DNA from: Chrysemys picta bellii
Lineage: Eukaryota
Reading direction: 5' to 3'
Length of the DNA: 64,000 nucleotides
Assembly: GCF_011386835.1 (NCBI RefSeq)
Contig: NC_088793.1
Span: 143,158,001 to 143,222,000, forward strand
The position numbers were made by a program, and so were the translations under genes. Of the stretch, positions 62,355 through 64,000 are shown piece by piece (within the stretch, counting starts at the first letter, position 1; every line of letters starts with the position of its first letter). The notes under the pieces are model-generated. The model was not told the origin of the DNA, searched no databases, and saw only the letters and a list, made by a program, of their open reading frames with translations.

Positions 62355-63575
62355 TAATTAAAGGCTGTATCATAATGCATACTAAAAAGAGGCTGACTTA
62401 AGGGTGTACAGACAATCTTAATTCTGACATTTCTTAATTTCTGAGTGCTTGACTTTGCAATGTTAATGTTCTTTTAATTCCGGGGTGGGTCTGTAAGTAC
62501 AATTTCCTAGGTTTTTAAAAAAAAAAAGCAAAGAGAAAAAAACAAACATTCCATTATATGGAATCATACTGACCCCTCCACATGGGTCAGCAGCCAGGAT
62601 AGAACCTTTAGGTCCACCTCACAGAGCCTCCGGCACTCGAGCTAATGGAGTAACTGATAGGGGTATGGGTTTCATCTTCTACATGGACCAGCCACTAGAG
62701 CGGGATGAGTTACTTTGCCAGTAGGTTTGCTAGATATTTGCTGCCAACCTGACCCCTTTTGCCACTGTACCCTCCAGCCTCCCTACTCCGTCCCCACCCC
62801 GAGCATTACAGGTCACCTCACATTCAGGTCAGGCTGTTTTGTCCTCCACGCTGCCTGGACATCAACAGTGGAAGGGGGCATTGAGAGTAGAGGCGAGACA
62901 GTCTCCATGCTGTCAGTTCTGGTGCTTGTCACCACAGTGGACCCCAGAAGCTGGGAGTGTCCTGCTCAGACACTGCTGTTCTGGGCTGCAGCATGTAAGT
63001 CACTCTATGAGGATGGTGCCTGCGCAAATGGGTTACACATGGGACCGGTGAGGGGCTGGAACGTGCTCAGTACAGATTGAACTTTTGGAGATTTTAGCTG
63101 CCACTGAAGCACGTCTCTTCTGAGCAGCTGTAAATTGAGGTGTTGTTTTTTATAAAGTCTATAACTTGGCCAAAGTGTGTTGTTTTTTCCCATGGGAACA
63201 GAAAAAAGACACATCCTTGACATTAGAGCGACAACTCCATCTGCCAGATTTCAAGCCCTTGCTCCAATGCCTGGAGGCGCTAGAATGTCTTAACAAAATA
63301 CAATAGTTGGAAGAGGTTTATTTTTAATATGGGCAAAACATTATATTTTCCCCTAATCTTGTTCTTGGAAACCAATGAATTATTTTTGCTGATTAGTCAA
63401 AAAAATAAAATAAAAAAATAATAATCATCAACCTGAGGCAGACCTTTGGCATGGAAATTTTCAGCCTGAACAACAAAAATTTGGCACAGTTATAAGAAAC
63501 TGAAACAGATTCTTATAATGGGAAGTATCAGGCTACCTTAACTATAGACATCACTACCTTGTGCACCTATAATAG
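62355..63575. mobile_element. Unclassified old interspersed repeat (composite) with a tRNA-like minus-strand segment
   Basis: Recognised repeat-like blocks (ttaagggtgtacagacaatcttaattctg..., tttggcacagttataag...ataatgggaagt...acctataata); ...ccactcgagctaa-type tRNA/SINE reverse complement near 62590-62650; a related block lies at about 9700-9960. Confidence 0.4.
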
Positions 63576-64000
63576 TCATGTAAAAATGAATGAACGCGGC
63601 AAGGTGCCACCTCAGAACAAATTAATACACATGCCAATGAAAGATCTAATGAAGTGGCACAAAGGCACTCCTTCCACTTGTAACTAAATGGAGCAATCAA
63701 AAAGGATGATACAATCTAAGCTGTACTCTACATTCTTGTTACTCCCAGACTTTGAGTATAGATTTCTTCCATTCCTACCATCTCTCAACCCCTTTCTTCA
63801 GAGGGGAAAAATCAAAAATAACTCCAATATACATCCTTCTGATCTGGAGTCAAGCAAACAAAAGGTGACTGGAACTGGGCCTTCGCTTCTGATTTGTATG
63901 AACAAATGTGCACAGATATTTCCCGCCCCACTGCTCCTGAATGAACCGTCAAGTGAAGATCCCAAACTAACTGCTGTGGCTGCTACTGCACACAGGGAAT

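Overview
Vertebrate genomic DNA. The repeat content (CR1 LINE tails, tRNA/CORE-type SINEs, Penelope-like elements, Gypsy-type LTRs, hAT and PIF/Harbinger-type MITEs) resembles what I know from turtle genomes; this assignment is by recognition, not by search. I recognise no host protein-coding gene, real tRNA/rRNA gene or CRISPR array. Almost all listed ORFs look like chance frames or frames inside GC-rich transposons. The coding remnants I can support are all transposon fossils: Gypsy reverse transcriptase (YLDD, 27.4-27.9 kb, minus), Penelope RT C-terminus (31.7-32.1 kb, minus), CR1 ORF2 C-terminus (13.9-14.4 kb, minus) and a Harbinger transposase N-terminal piece (36.8-37.0 kb). The window is a nested transposon landscape. 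It holds five solo LTRs with exact target-site duplications (TSDs), an LTR inserted inside the terminal inverted repeat (TIR) of a hAT element, and several templated-duplication scars. I see no clear-cut new biological system. The most unusual recurrent structure is a family of 0.8-1 kb TIR-bounded non-autonomous elements, present as several full or partial copies, each carrying tRNA-like A-box/B-box modules in both orientations. Boundaries without a stated TSD are approximate.
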